DNA of 63,696 nt, the filler included, from Reticulomyxa filosa (lineage: Eukaryota > Protista > Foraminifera): assembly GCA_000512085.1 (NCBI GenBank). It is 19 parts of 19 records of this genome, joined end to end, with 100 filler letters (N's around TTAATTAATTAA, not from the genome) between each part and the next. Parts side by side here need not be neighbours in the genome. Positions count along the whole stretch, not along the records: positions 1 to 18,126 come from ASPP01021860.1; 18 more parts are not named here. One strand, written 5' to 3'. Under the pieces are notes generated by a model. The model was not told the DNA's origin. It searched no databases and worked only from the letters and a program-made list of their open reading frames with translations. The position numbers and the translations under genes were made by a program. Of this stretch, positions 1-12,206 are shown one piece after another. The first letter of the stretch is position 1; each line of letters opens with the position of its first letter.

Positions 1-313
1 GATTCTTGTGTTTTTGTCCTAATTGTTAAGTTGGAATTTTATTTTGAGTCAATTGTTTGATGTTTAATTACGATCGCTTTCAAATGAAGCTAACTTAATA
101 TGGCAAAAATTTGTTAGGGTAAGGATTACTTTTTCAATTAAAATGGTTTTTTGAAATTTTTTGGATGCTTTAGTTCCTTTTGGTTAAAAAAAGGTTAGAC
201 ATGTGCACGAAACAGTTTAGAAATAAAACTACTTGCCTAGAACACAATTAAATTTTTAAAAACCTACATAAAAAAAAATTTGTGCCACTGGTAATTATTT
301 TCCTGCTTTAATC

Positions 314-754
314 TTATGCGGAGTGGGACGGCTCTTGTGGACGAGAAGGAGATTGGCTCATAAAGTTTTCTTTGGCATACTTTTCCATTATTTCATTATC
401 TTTTTCTCGTTCATGTTGTAATTTCAGTTTCATTTCGTACGCGTCGATTAAGTGTTGATACCGAGACTGAGTCATTCCAAAAAAGTCAGCAAAAGTCTCT
501 CCCCAGTAATCGGCATAAGAAACAATGGTGTTACCAAGCCAGTTCCACGTGTCATACCATGTCTCTTCTTTTTGTTTCTCTTCTCTTTTCATCTCATGTT
601 TTTCTTCTTCCTTCGTCTCGTTTTGTGAAAACGGTAGTGCAGAACTTTTTTCTAAGTCTATAGTAACCAACTGTGCTTGTATTGCGTTGTTATTTGACTC
701 ATTTTCATGCTCTTTTTGAGCTTCTTGCGGTAACAAAGTTTCATTCAACGACAT
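314..754 (-). CDS. FAM177-like protein
   Basis: 146-aa ORF. W-rich segment followed by IVSYADYWGETFADFFGMTQSRYQHLIDAY and a charged helix, resembling the FAM177 core motif (D-F/Y-x-GE...F/L-G-I/M-T..K/R-YQ..ID.Y) from recall. Confidence 0.6.
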   Translation of the reverse strand: MSLNETLLPQEAQKEHENESNNNAIQAQLVTIDLEKSSALPFSQNETKEEEKHEMKREEKQKEETWYDTWNWLGNTIVSYADYWGETFADFFGMTQSRYQHLIDAYEMKLKLQHEREKDNEIMEKYAKENFMSQSPSRPQEPSHSA

Positions 755-1108
755 CTTTTATTGAGATAGTAACCCTCTGCCCTTTTTTTCAGGACTGCGC
801 TACTTTGTACTAGTTTAACTTTAAGTTGGTTTTCACGACTTGATGAGCTTATGTCAAATATTTGTTAATGAACAGTATTTGTAAACTATAAATTTTAAAA
901 AATTGAGAAAAGTGTACAGAGTTTTCACAGTGGTATAGTTTGACAATATTGTTTAAATTTTTGAGTGGAAAACGTGGCAGAGATTGTAGCCGGAAAAACT
1001 CTCCAGAATAAAGTTTGAAAAAGAATTTTTTTAAAGGTCCCAGTTCGAAACTGATCGAACCCATTCAATAATTTCTTTACATCAAGCAAAATCCAAAATA
1101 CTTTGGCA

Positions 1109-1920
1109 ATGCCACGCCTTTCCGCAGAACAGCAACAAGAGGTTAAAGAATGTTTCGACTTATTTGACCGTGAAGGAAGCGGTAAAATTGAAGTAGGTTT
1201 GCTGGGAAAATTGATTCGATCGATTGGCCAAACACCTTCGAACGTTGAGTTCGACTCATGCTTTTTTTGTCTCTCTTTCAGTTTGTCCACTTTGTGATGA
1301 GAGAAAAAAAAAGGGGCTATAAACATTGTTTAGAGTTTGCATTTATATTTTCTGACAACAAACACAAAGGCGGAAGTGTCAGATATGATCAAAGAAATTG
1401 ACCCCGATGGAAGTGGACACTTTGATTACACTTCAGTTGTAGCCTTGCTTGAAAAACACTGGAAAACTCCAGCAAATCCAAAAGACGTCATCGAAGCATT
1501 CAAGTTTAGCAATAGCGTTCAACTCTCGCGTCCTCCCCCTTTTTTTTTTGTATTTGTTCCCCTGTCTTATTACGTTCAAAGCTCGAGTAAACTAAAACAA
1601 AATACAAACAAACAGAATATTTGATCCTGATAACACTGGTAAAATTAAGACAGCAGAATTGAGAACAGTGATGACATCATTGGGAGAGAAGTTAACCCAA
1701 GAAGAAGTGCAAGCTTTGATCAAAGAAGCGGATCCTAAAAATGAAGGAGTCATTGTGTACACAGGTTAATTTTTTTATCCGTTTTGTATGTCATTATATT
1801 AACTACGAGCTATTAAAAGACAGAAAAGAGACAATGCTTGTTTGTACATGTGATTATCTTCGTGTAGATTTTGTAAATAACATGGCCGCTCAAACCCAAA
1901 CAGTTGATGACAAGGAGTGA
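1109..1920 (+). CDS. Calmodulin-like / myosin light chain EF-hand protein, 4 exons
   Basis: Introns 1244-1369, 1504-1615 and 1765-1867 (all GT-AG) give [27 protein letters not shown]...[59 protein letters not shown]; TGA at 1918-1920. Confidence 0.9.
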
Positions 1921-2299
1921 CAAAATTATTGCAAATGTTTTGTTTGGTTTTTTTTTGAAATGACGTTCAATTTGTTTTGAAGATACAACTTGCTGAAGTT
2001 TTTTGTTTTGATATTTCAGATGAAGCATTTTTCTGTGCAATAAAATATATGTAAGCGTATTTTTTCTTGTTCAGTGGCGAAAAAGAGGTGAATCTTCTTC
2101 ACAAAATGCCATTTTTGTACTAAGCCGATACAAAACTTGAAAAACTAATTAGGAAGAAAAGGAAAAATCGAAAATCTCATATTTAGCTCGCTGAACATTC
2201 TTAACGACGCACACAAAATAAGTATAAAGAATGACTTTTTTTTTTCATAAATGATTTAATCGACTTCTGACGGATCTTCAAAAGGTGAAAAAATTGGGT

Positions 2300-3754
2300 T
2301 TATTGCTTTTGAGACATTTCAATGGAAGCAATATCAACCCGATTAGGTTCCTCCACTGTCTTGTTTTCATAATCGCTGGGTGCAAATATGACATTAGAGT
2401 TATCTCCCTTTTTAGTGTAACCAGATTCAACAGCTCCATTAATGTCACCGTCAACGATAGTTTTTTCATCTTTGTCACTGGTATTGTGTGGAAGGGGGTC
2501 TATAGCAGTGCGTGCGTCCGGTCTGGCACGGGTATTAATTTCGGATGAAAGCATATAAGACCGATGAGCATGAGGAGTGGTTGACCCTCGAAGAGAGCGA
2601 TGGCTTATCTTCGTCGTTTTCATTGTACACAGCATACAAGCTTGGCAAATCCAACACCAACGACGGTAGCTTTTGGAATACCAAGAACTCATCAATATCA
2701 AACAGAAACTATTCGCTAATCAGTCCATAACATATCCCCCCCCATCCTTTGGATATAATTCAGAAAATTAAATATGAACAAACAAAACAAGAGTTAATTA
2801 CAAATGTGATCAATCAGAATAAGGACGTGGAAATTGAATATCGAAACAACCAATTGGATCAAAATTGTTGAAAACACGGCAAACAAGGTCAGTACATAGT
2901 ATTTACGGAGTAGTTCCACGATGTCTAAAAATAATGTTTTCAACATAAACACGTTTAACGTATTCTTAAGCTTCTCCCCTTTTTTGTTTCACATTGTAAA
3001 AATTCAAATACCTTTACTGTTTGAGGCAGCTCCTCTTAATAACTGTCGTAATGGACTATCAAACGCATACAAACATAAAAGAGAAATGGATGTGTCAAAA
3101 ACCACGTATACAGCTTGACCCCAAATTGGCATTGGTTCTAACGCGCATAAGCGCATGTGTGGAGTAATGTGATGCACCTTTCCAGAAATAACAAAAGCAG
3201 TTGCTGTAAATGTGAATATCAAATAACAGACCATTAGTCCATAGATACACTGAAAAACACGCTTTGCTTCCTCAGCAAAGATGCTCTCACCAAAAGCTAA
3301 GTGTAACCGGAAAACTAACACTATATAGAGCAAAAACTTTATTCCAAATACACACATTAATGATATCTTCTTTAATGTTCTGCAATATGGAAAAATTAAT
3401 CGGACTATGTCCCACGAATCTTTTTTTTTATTTATTTGTATTTGCTTATGTACACCTTCTTTTTTTTTTTTGAAATGCATGTTAACTGCAAATATAATAT
3501 ATGTTATAGAGCATTATACTGCATAACCACAATACTGTAAAGAAATTTGCAAAATGACGAAATTTCCTTGAGGTTTCTGATTCTGGAGTGTCTTCACGAC
3601 CTTTCTCAAACCTATATAGGTTCCATAAATGATGCAATGTTATCACGAACACCAGGACGAGGCACAACGACGCCATTCCACGATCAAGTATCCAAACATA
3701 CCAGTAATTGTAAACAATATTTAGTGAGGGAGAGGAGATAGTCAGTGCACCCAT
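2300..3754 (-). CDS. Orphan multi-pass (7TM/GPCR-like) membrane protein, multi-exon
   Basis: Hydrophobic helices in ORFs 3482-3754 and 3004-3480, an exon near 2800-2920 (KYYVLTLFAVFSTILIQLVVSIFNFHVLILIDH) and a last exon (NSFCLILMSSWYSKSYRRWCWICQAC, Cys-rich helix-8-like tail). Confidence 0.65.
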
Positions 3755-4166
3755 GTTTTTTGAGTAAAGGTCATTAATATAACATCTGGTTTTGCAGGGG
3801 AGGAAAAAAAAATTGTTTTCTTGGATAATTCAGCTGCATCAAATAATCTCTTGTTCGAGTAAATTTGCCCGAGTTATTTTATGTTTTAATTGATTTATTG
3901 ATGTTAATTCCTTAATTATCATACCTAGGGAGGTAAAAGTAAAGAAAAGGAGTTGTCAAACTGTTTCCAAAAAAAAAGTTCAAAATGAAAATTGAAAAGA
4001 TTTAAACTCAAAGATCGTGCAATCACTAATGAATAGATGAAACAACCAAGGATTGTTATTCATTGTTTGTTTTGATGAGGTAATCATTTTAACAAAATAA
4101 AACAAACGCACCCCCCCTTTCAATTTTTTTTAAAGTAAAAGCAAAAAAATCGCCTGCAAATTTTTT

Positions 4167-4919
4167 TCATGAATCTTCAGCCCATTTGTTCTCAGCTCTG
4201 ACAGCTTCTTCTTCCTCAGGTGTAAAGTCATTCGCAATGTTAAATTGTTTTCTGATTTGTTCTGGTGTTTTTCCTTTCAACATGGAAGCAACTTTTGCAC
4301 ACGTTAGATCTAACAATGGTTTGATGTCCATGTAGTTAGCTGCCAATATCAATTCAAATAATGTTTCTTGGTCCACTTCAACAAAATTTGCATCCCATTC
4401 TGGAACCACCTTTTGTAATTTGTATTTGTTACAGTCAGAAATTTCTTTTTTTTTAAATTTTGAAAATGAGTCAATGCAATTAAAAAAAAAATAAACAAAA
4501 CTTCTCTCATATTTGAAGATTTCAAAGGCTTTTCAATCTCTTTCATTGGGTTTTCGTGGTGATACTCCATAAAATTTATCACTCTTTTTAGTATGTTCCC
4601 TCTCACATTTGGAAGAGGGATTTCTGTTTCTGTTTTGTCTCCTGTGAAACATTTTTTTTGTTGTTATTTTTTTAGAGGGAGGTTCCCGGATTTTCGGGAA
4701 AAAAATGTCCTTATCTTCTTTTTTCCTTTTTTGTCCCCTCTCCAAACAGATAGTACTTACCACTCCATATAGTTTTGATCAATGCAGAGTGCATTGCAAT
4801 ATCTTTTTTACACTAAAACTGAGCCCATCTTGGGACTTTAACTGCAGTTCGATTTGTTCTTCTTCATCTAATCCTCCAGTTTCCTCTGTATTTTCAATTT
4901 TTTTTTCGTCTTTTGACAT
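4167..4919 (-). CDS. SKP1: S-phase kinase-associated protein 1 (SCF adaptor), 3 exons
   Basis: [15 protein letters not shown] and [51 protein letters not shown]...ENKW are SKP1 signatures; ATG at 4919; intron 4410-4501. Confidence 0.97.
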
Positions 4920-5679
4920 ATTATTTTGGGCTGAAATTCTGCTAATGATTTTGTCTCAAATCTACAAAAAAAAGAAAAAGGGGTACGCTGGCTTTTTAAA
5001 GTCCTTTCTGCTGTAATAGTTGGTAGACTTGACAAAGTGTCTGCAATTTTTCGTTAGTTTCTTTGTATAATTTACATTTTTTGATAAAATAGCTCCTACA
5101 AGCTTGAAAAGAATAATTTGGCAACAAAACTTGATTTTTAGTATTGGCCAATCAAAATGCGGTTCCTAAAAAAAAAAAAAAAAAAGGGATAAAATAGCCT
5201 TTTAAGTTTTTGTTTCTTGTTTTTTTCTTTGCTAATTGGGGGATAGCAAACAATACCGCAAAATGCGAAGCCAATTGCTATCCCCATCTGGGAAAAACCC
5301 AAACAAAGTTTTTCTAAAAATAGAAAAACAAATCAGGTGTTTGCTTAACACCGCCAATTGTACCTGAGGAAAGTTGGAGAACCTGTTTGTCTGTACAGTA
5401 CCAGTGATTTTTAAGCTTGGCAACGTTCGAATTTTCTGTTTTACCATACAAAATGATTTTTTCGGCGCATTTTTATAATTTGGAAATCTCGTAAAAAGTT
5501 CTTGTTTTTTTGAAGCGAGTATTATCGTCATATACCAAAATGAGACTTTCAAAAGTTGTCCAGTAGTGTGTATACCAAAAAAAGGACTTTTGTCACACGG
5601 AGGGCGGTTTTCAACAGTATTTTTTGTGAGTTGTTTATTTTTTTTACGTTACTATCAAAACAGTATCTTTCTTGTTCAA

Positions 5680-6315
5680 TATGAATAACCTCCCACAAAT
5701 AACACCTTCAGTTGCTACATCTACAACTGGCGAACAATTCTGGGATTCAGGCTGATGTCTGTTTGTACTTCGGTGGCCAAGTCCTTTCTGTTCAGTTGGG
5801 TTTTGTCTTTGCCATAGACAAGTTATTTGCTTTTTGCACAATAAAAGTAGAACCAATTCTTTGCCAAGTTCTCGCAACCACAAAGGAGAATGACTTGGTG
5901 GCACTTGTCGTAAGGTCTGATTTCTTTGTCACAACCAACACAACGAAATGAAACGAAACAAAAATAAATAAATTTTCCTTGTGTTATTCATTTGTTGATG
6001 ATATATAGATTGCGCGCTTAAAAATGATATGATTGATCATTTCAAACATGATGTGTCATTGTTGACATTGATTCACAGTTGCATTTGCAATTGTGGTTTC
6101 AGTATCATTTGGAGCACTTCCACGAGGCAATTGTCATTTCTAACACGTTGGATCGTATCTTACTTATTCATTCGTTGTTTTTGGTTTCTGACATTTGGTA
6201 TTTCAAAGCCTTGTCTCTGTATCATTTGCACTTAAAGCAAACAACCAAAGACAAATCGCGTGTTCCTGATCTATTGAAAAGCGCTACAATTATGGAACAA
6301 TCCCCATTGAAATGA
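5680..6315 (+). pseudogene. Possible degenerate membrane-protein gene
   Basis: Short hydrophobic ORF pieces in shifting frames, an intron-like GTAAGG...TAG at about 5909-6008, and no continuous reading frame. Confidence 0.25.
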
Positions 6316-7449
6316 GAGCTCAAATTGGACAATGCAAGTCTGTGTAACATATCGCTAAATGATTGTCGAGTTAACCATTTGGAATGCCAGCATTCGTTGT
6401 TTGGAAAGACAGACCATTAATTGGCCATTACTTTGTATAACAATAACATTCAAATGCAATATCAAATAGTTTATATACATATATGTGTCCCCCGATTTTG
6501 AGTTGATTGATTGCATCGTTGTAAAGCCATATTTGCAATCGCTACACAAATTTTATAGCAAACATCGCAACAAGAACACAATGAAATACATTTATTGACA
6601 CAGAGTCTTGGAATAATTTATTGCAAGTTTCGTTTGCTTACTTTTTATTTTAGAAATCAAATAAAACCAGACATATATTATCCTTGTTTCAATATCGTCC
6701 TTTGTTTCTTTGTTTGTGTGTTTGATCCTTGCAAACAGCTTTGCACTCTCACGTTGAATTGTATCGGTGATGATGCTAACATTTGCTACTTAGAGGCCCT
6801 TACTCAGTGCAACTGTTACGACAAAATTAGCGACTCAACCAAGAATTTGTTTGGTATCTTCTTTGTTTTTTTAAAATTAAATATCTATGTACTTGCTGCT
6901 TCTTTGTAGTAGTTCTGAAAGCAGGCTTTTTTTAAAAAAAATTTGTCATAATTGTGGCAGACGAACTACAAACTAAGCAACTCTTATCATTGAACTCAAC
7001 CGCTAGTCTAGTTTGCAAATAAAATTGTTATTATAACAAAACTTTTCTCAAAAAACGGTATTCACTTGTTCATGAAAGTTGATCCCAAAAAAAAATTTGA
7101 GATGTTAGTCTTGTTTTAAAGTGTAATACGAAAATCAAAACGAAACGGATATGCATTAGCTAAAAAGTAAAATAGAAAAGGAATTGATGAAAGAAGTATT
7201 TAATTAAAAAAATGTAGACAGATATCCTTTCAAATGTTAGAGATTTGCTCTATAGCAAACATAGAATATCGCTAAAAAGAAATATTATGTATTGCAACCC
7301 TTTTAAAAAATATTTTCTAAAATAATCCGTGAAAAGCAATGCTGAGGATGTATGAACTCAAATTATATAACAATGACGCTCGGGACAGAAATTATAATAG
7401 AATTTTGTATGTGCTTTTTTCCCCTTTCGAAATAGTTAGAGTTTCTTGT

Positions 7450-8858
7450 ATGAACGACTCCATATCTCAAGCAACCAATGATGGTAACGTTCCCGCGTCA
7501 AAGCTGAAAATTTATCGCAGAATTTTTGAGAATATCGACGATAGTGGAGACGGCATTTTGCAACCAATTGAATTGGTAGACGCATTCCGATACGTAGGCT
7601 TGCATCTTTCAGAGTCCGACATTCGAACAGAGTTTGGATTGACAAAAAAGCAGAATGAAATACCGTTTGCAGTTTAGCTCAAAAAAAAACTTTCATCAAT
7701 CTTCCTTTGATTTCAAATATCATTTAAAATGAAGTGATTTTGTTGGTTAAAAATATGTTGATTGACAATAAGATGTTTGCAAGATGGCTACATGACCGAT
7801 TGTCTGAAGAAAATGGTTCGATACAAGAAGCGAAAAAAAAGGCAAGAGATGAACCGAGAAAACAAGGACGGCTCATCAGTCTGTATTACGTAAAAGAATT
7901 TATGAAGACAATGCCGTCCTACGGGGCCTTAGAAAAAGTTGGACAGCGAACAGAAAACATGGAACCGACAAGAGTGGCGATTGGCCAGCTGAGTTTATCA
8001 GTGTATGGTCATAAACAAGCACAGCAGTTTATGACGCAGACCGCAGGTGGTCTAGTCCAACAAACACAAATATTTGTGGAAAAATTAGAATTAGAGAGAC
8101 GGAGAGTAGATGCAGAGTTGCAAGAGGCTAATCAGGCATTAAATGAGTTTGGGAGCAGCGCCGCGCGCAAAGTGTGTTTTTGTTGCAATCCTGGCGTCTT
8201 GGTACCTTTATACGTAATCATTTTAGTTTATGGAATCGTTGCGTATTTAGGTAGTACCATTGGCATATCAGGACCCAAAGTTTTTTGCACATTGTGTGGA
8301 TCAGTATTCTTAGGAGGCGCTTTTGGTGCTCTCACCGAGTACAAATTTGGCTCTCAATTGGAAAAGTTACAAAAAATTGCTTTGTTATTCGAAGAATACA
8401 ATCGACTACTCAAAAAATCAATCGCTCAATTGGCGGAATACCGCTCACAATTACGACATGAAGTAACGTATGTGAAAGAAGAATTGGAGGATATGAATCG
8501 CTATGTGAACAAATTCGACAATTTGAGACAAGAGTTGGAAGAATTGTACAAAGAGCGAAAAAATGCTGATATCATCAATTTAGTAGGGGAGTTGGATGAA
8601 TTACTTGAACTGTCGAAAGAAGTCATGAAAGGACATTATTTGAATATGTATTATGACGTTACATTGGCTTGCAAAAGTCCCAATAAATTAGATAAAGGAC
8701 AATACAAAAAATTTTGCAATCGTTTGTCCGATGAAGAAAAAAAAGCATTCAAACATAAAATGGGCCGAAGATCACAATATGACTCAACTCAATTTATTGA
8801 CCTGGTTGTTTCCAAAGCCATTGATGAAACCACCTTCAATCTGACATTGAAAATTTAG
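7450..8858 (+). CDS. EF-hand protein with two transmembrane helices and a long coiled coil
   Basis: Exon 1 has the EF loop IDDSGDGILQPIE; intron about 7672-7772; exon 2 has two hydrophobic helices (VLVPLYVIILVYGIVAYL, VFCTLCGSVFLGGAFGAL) flanked by heptad-rich regions. Confidence 0.7.
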
Positions 8859-9181
8859 CAAACTTATTCATTTTTAATTGTAATTTTTAAAGCTTGGTCT
8901 TTCTGTCTCGATTTCAAAATTATTTTCATTAGTAGTACTTTCAGTGTTTTAATCGAATTCTTTTCAACAAATCACTTTTTGAATGACAACTTCGAAGCAC
9001 GCTTTCTCTTACTAAACTTTTAATTTTTTGATTTTTGGAATTAAGCACGGCTTGTAGAAGTGCTTATTTGTCATACAAGCACGTTCAAGAGAAGAGACTT
9101 TTTCCATTTCAATTTTCCCCCTTCTATTTCATTTTTTTGAAGAAACTTTAAAAAAATCCTTCTACATATTATAATATAAGA

Positions 9182-9750
9182 ATGTCGATGCAAGATTGGA
9201 AAGAAATAACTGTTTACAAATCAAAACCTGTGTCCCAGAACAGAGGAAGAGGAAGAGGTCGAGGACAAGGAGGTCAAAACAGTCAAGGACAAGGAGGCGA
9301 CGGAAAACCAAAAGCAAGAAAATCGAAAATGCAAAAAGGTAAGAAAGTGATGTTAAAAAACTACAACATTTTTTGTCATTTTGTGGGTTGATTTTGTACG
9401 AACAGTCGAGGAAGAAATGACAGATTTCCATGTTCAAAGCGTTGGCCTTTCATTTGGAAAATCATTGCAACAAGCAAGACAAAAAAAAGGCTGGGTACGT
9501 TTCTGTTGGTTTTTGTGATATTTCTCTCTTTTCCTGCTCCTAACTTGGTGATCACTAGGGAATACCAAAGATTGGGTTAATTAACACATAAAAACACCAA
9601 TAGGACCAAAAAACACTGGCCCAACATTTGAATGTGAAAGCTTCTATTATTGGAGATTACGAAAATGGTCGAGCGAAACCTGATTCACAACTGATTTCTC
9701 GAATGAACAGAATATTGGGCTGCAAATTGCCTCCTGCAACTAAAAAGTAA
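9182..9750 (+). CDS. MBF1: Multiprotein bridging factor 1, 3 exons
   Basis: N-terminal QDW motif; spliced exons give GKSLQQARQKKGWDQKTLAQHLNVKASIIGDYENGRAKPDSQLISRMNRILGCKL (Cro-type HTH); TAA at 9748-9750. Confidence 0.93.
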
Positions 9751-10411
9751 AATGGAACATTGTTAAACGAGTACAAAAACAAAAAAACGTCATTTTTTAG
9801 TTTTTAGGTAAACTTTTTTTTTTTGCGCTGTCACTTTCTTATTCTCGAAAAGGAAGGAATAAATGTCTTGATTTGAATTTGGAGTGAGGAAATTACATGC
9901 CTTTCTTCACCTTTTCACTTTTTTCCTGCATCTGTACCCTTTTTTTTGTCGCCGCGCAAATTAGAACACAGAAAATAATTTCTGGAACTTGTTAGCCGTA
10001 AAGTTCCAAGATGTTAGACCTTTTCGATCCAGACCTTTTTAAAAAAGAACGCAAATACCATTTTTGAAGTTAGCTTTTTAGAAGGCAGCAATTTTGTGGC
10101 TTTACAAATTTAATTTTACAAATAATTTTTTCCAACTTGGAGAAAAAAAGAGCATTGTTCGATTAGCTAATTTGTCTTCGAATTTCTCTGAGAAAGAAAT
10201 TGGAAATTGATTTTGTTTTCGGCATACCAAAGAAAAAATACTCACTTTTGATTAATTTTCTTTAATTCAATTTTAATATTCTCAATGAAACATTCTAAAA
10301 ATAAACTTCGCATAATTTCTAGTAATAAAAAAAGAGTTGCTGACATTTTTAGTTCTGGAACAAATGAAAAATATACTGCTTAAACAACTATGCTAGTCAT
10401 GTTGCAGGAGA

Positions 10412-10520
10412 GGCATGGTGGCTGACATGGCACTGCTTATGCGGGTCAGCTTGGTGCCACAGTTGCTCATGTACGATCCAGCCCAGTGGTCTGCATGAGC
10501 TAACTCCACGCCGTTTTTTT
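10412..10520 (+). ncRNA. Candidate structured small ncRNA with Pol III-type signals, family unknown
   Basis: About 57% GC island in very AT-rich intergenic DNA; terminal stem, two internal stems, A-box-like TGGCTGACATGG, B-box-like GTACGATCC, and a T7 run directly after the closing stem. Confidence 0.5.
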
Positions 10521-10732
10521 CTATAATTTTTTCGATTAAATATGATAAAATTTGCGAAAATTTACATTTTTTTTCATTTTTTATATTAAAATATCATTTA
10601 TTGAATTGTTGCAGAATGAAAAAATTGGTTTGAAATATTCAAATGAGTATTTTTTCAAATTATTAATAAATTGTCACATTTAATTTTTAAAAAAAGATAC
10701 GAAATTGATAGTTGAGCTTTTATTATTTCCTT

Positions 10733-11784
10733 TTATGAAACAATATTTTTTGTGTTAAGAAGAATGTGCTTGGCATCTTCCAAGCATTTAGCACATTCAC
10801 ATTTAAACCCATAATACCAATGGAAATAATTTTGTCTAGTGATATAGTCATCACCTTTCCCAGCATATTGCAAACACAGCTCATCACCTTTTGACACGTC
10901 CTCACAAGTCACAAAATTTCCGAGTCCACTGTCTTGTTCCATGCATTCTTCCAACTATTTCAAAAAAAAAAAAGATTTACTAAAAAAACTACTCTTTTTT
11001 TTTTGTCACATTTTGCTAACCATCACATTAGGAACACAAGAGTGATTGAAAAAACTAGCAAGTCCGAAAAGGCCTGTTCCGACGTCTTGAGTAGTATTGG
11101 TAGCATTGGAACGGAATTGGATTGTGATGCAATTTAGATGTAGGATATTGAGGATGCGTTGGTACATTTCAAAGGGAATGATTTTCATCAGCGTGTCTCG
11201 ATCCAAATTTTGAATCAATGAGTACTGCTGTCGACGTTGCAATACATATTCGATCCACATATCATACGGCTCTTTTCGGTGGTTCGTGTGATTCACATAA
11301 CACAAACGTCCCAATATACCGCTCCACAAACTCTCTTTTCGCGACAATAGCGCTTTCAATGTATGCACCATCGCTGCACGGGCCATTATTGGAAATTTAC
11401 CGAATTTACTGTCAACTTTTTTTTTAACATTCTTTTTTTGTAATTTATCAAATTGAAACTTTTTTGGGTGCAAAAAAAAACAAAATGTATATACACACAA
11501 TCACGATTTCGTAATCCTGCCAATTGCAGTTGCAACTCTTCTCCACCCAAATCCCCGCAATTGACGCAAAAATCATCGTATTTGATTGCACTCAAATCAC
11601 GGGTCGGAATCGGGTCTATTATCGGGTTATAGCAATAGCTACAGAATTTTCCCAAGTTTTCTTCGTTTAGACATGAAAACATTGGCCTTTCTGAAAACAA
11701 TAATGTCCCTTTGGCCATGTTTTGTAATGCTATTAGACCTCTTCCTTTTTTTTCAATTTGGCGGATAACAAATAATCGTTCCAT
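10733..11784 (-). CDS. SET/MYND (SMYD-family) lysine methyltransferase, 3 exons
   Basis: KGRGLIA N-SET, CSYC, GLFGLASFFNHSCVPNV, GDELCLQY and post-SET YGFKCECAKC. Confidence 0.9.
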
Positions 11785-12206
11785 ATCACCTTTCCAATTT
11801 TTTTTCCCTTGGAACTTTTGATCAAATAACTGAATTGCTATGTCAAATGAAGCTAACACGTCAGTTCTTTGATTTCATCTTCTGAAGATAAAACAATTTC
11901 AGCTGAATCTAGTTTAAGTTTGATATTAATATCATCATCAATGTGCGTTTGATCTACCAAAGAGTTTCGTCGTCAAATGTTACATATTGGGCACCTGTGA
12001 ATGAAATTAGCAAAGATGTCCGTGATTACAACTGGATTTACTGTATGCTGATTTGTCATTTTCTTTCGCGTTTATTACAAGTTCAGATTCTTTTTTTTTG
12101 TGAGGGAAACAAAATTGAAATTTTGTGAAATTACACTTTATTACATAGAAACAAGTGGAACAAAAATATCTAATGCAACTTATGATCGATAATGTAGAAA
12201 AATTAT

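Noticed and set aside
10420-10512. HDV-like ribozyme, tRNA or 5S rRNA reading of the GC island
   Set aside because: A 7-bp P1 with a G-U pair is present, but the L3 (UYCNCGY) and P1.1 are missing; there is no TTC T-loop or anticodon arm and no 5S loop C/E motifs.
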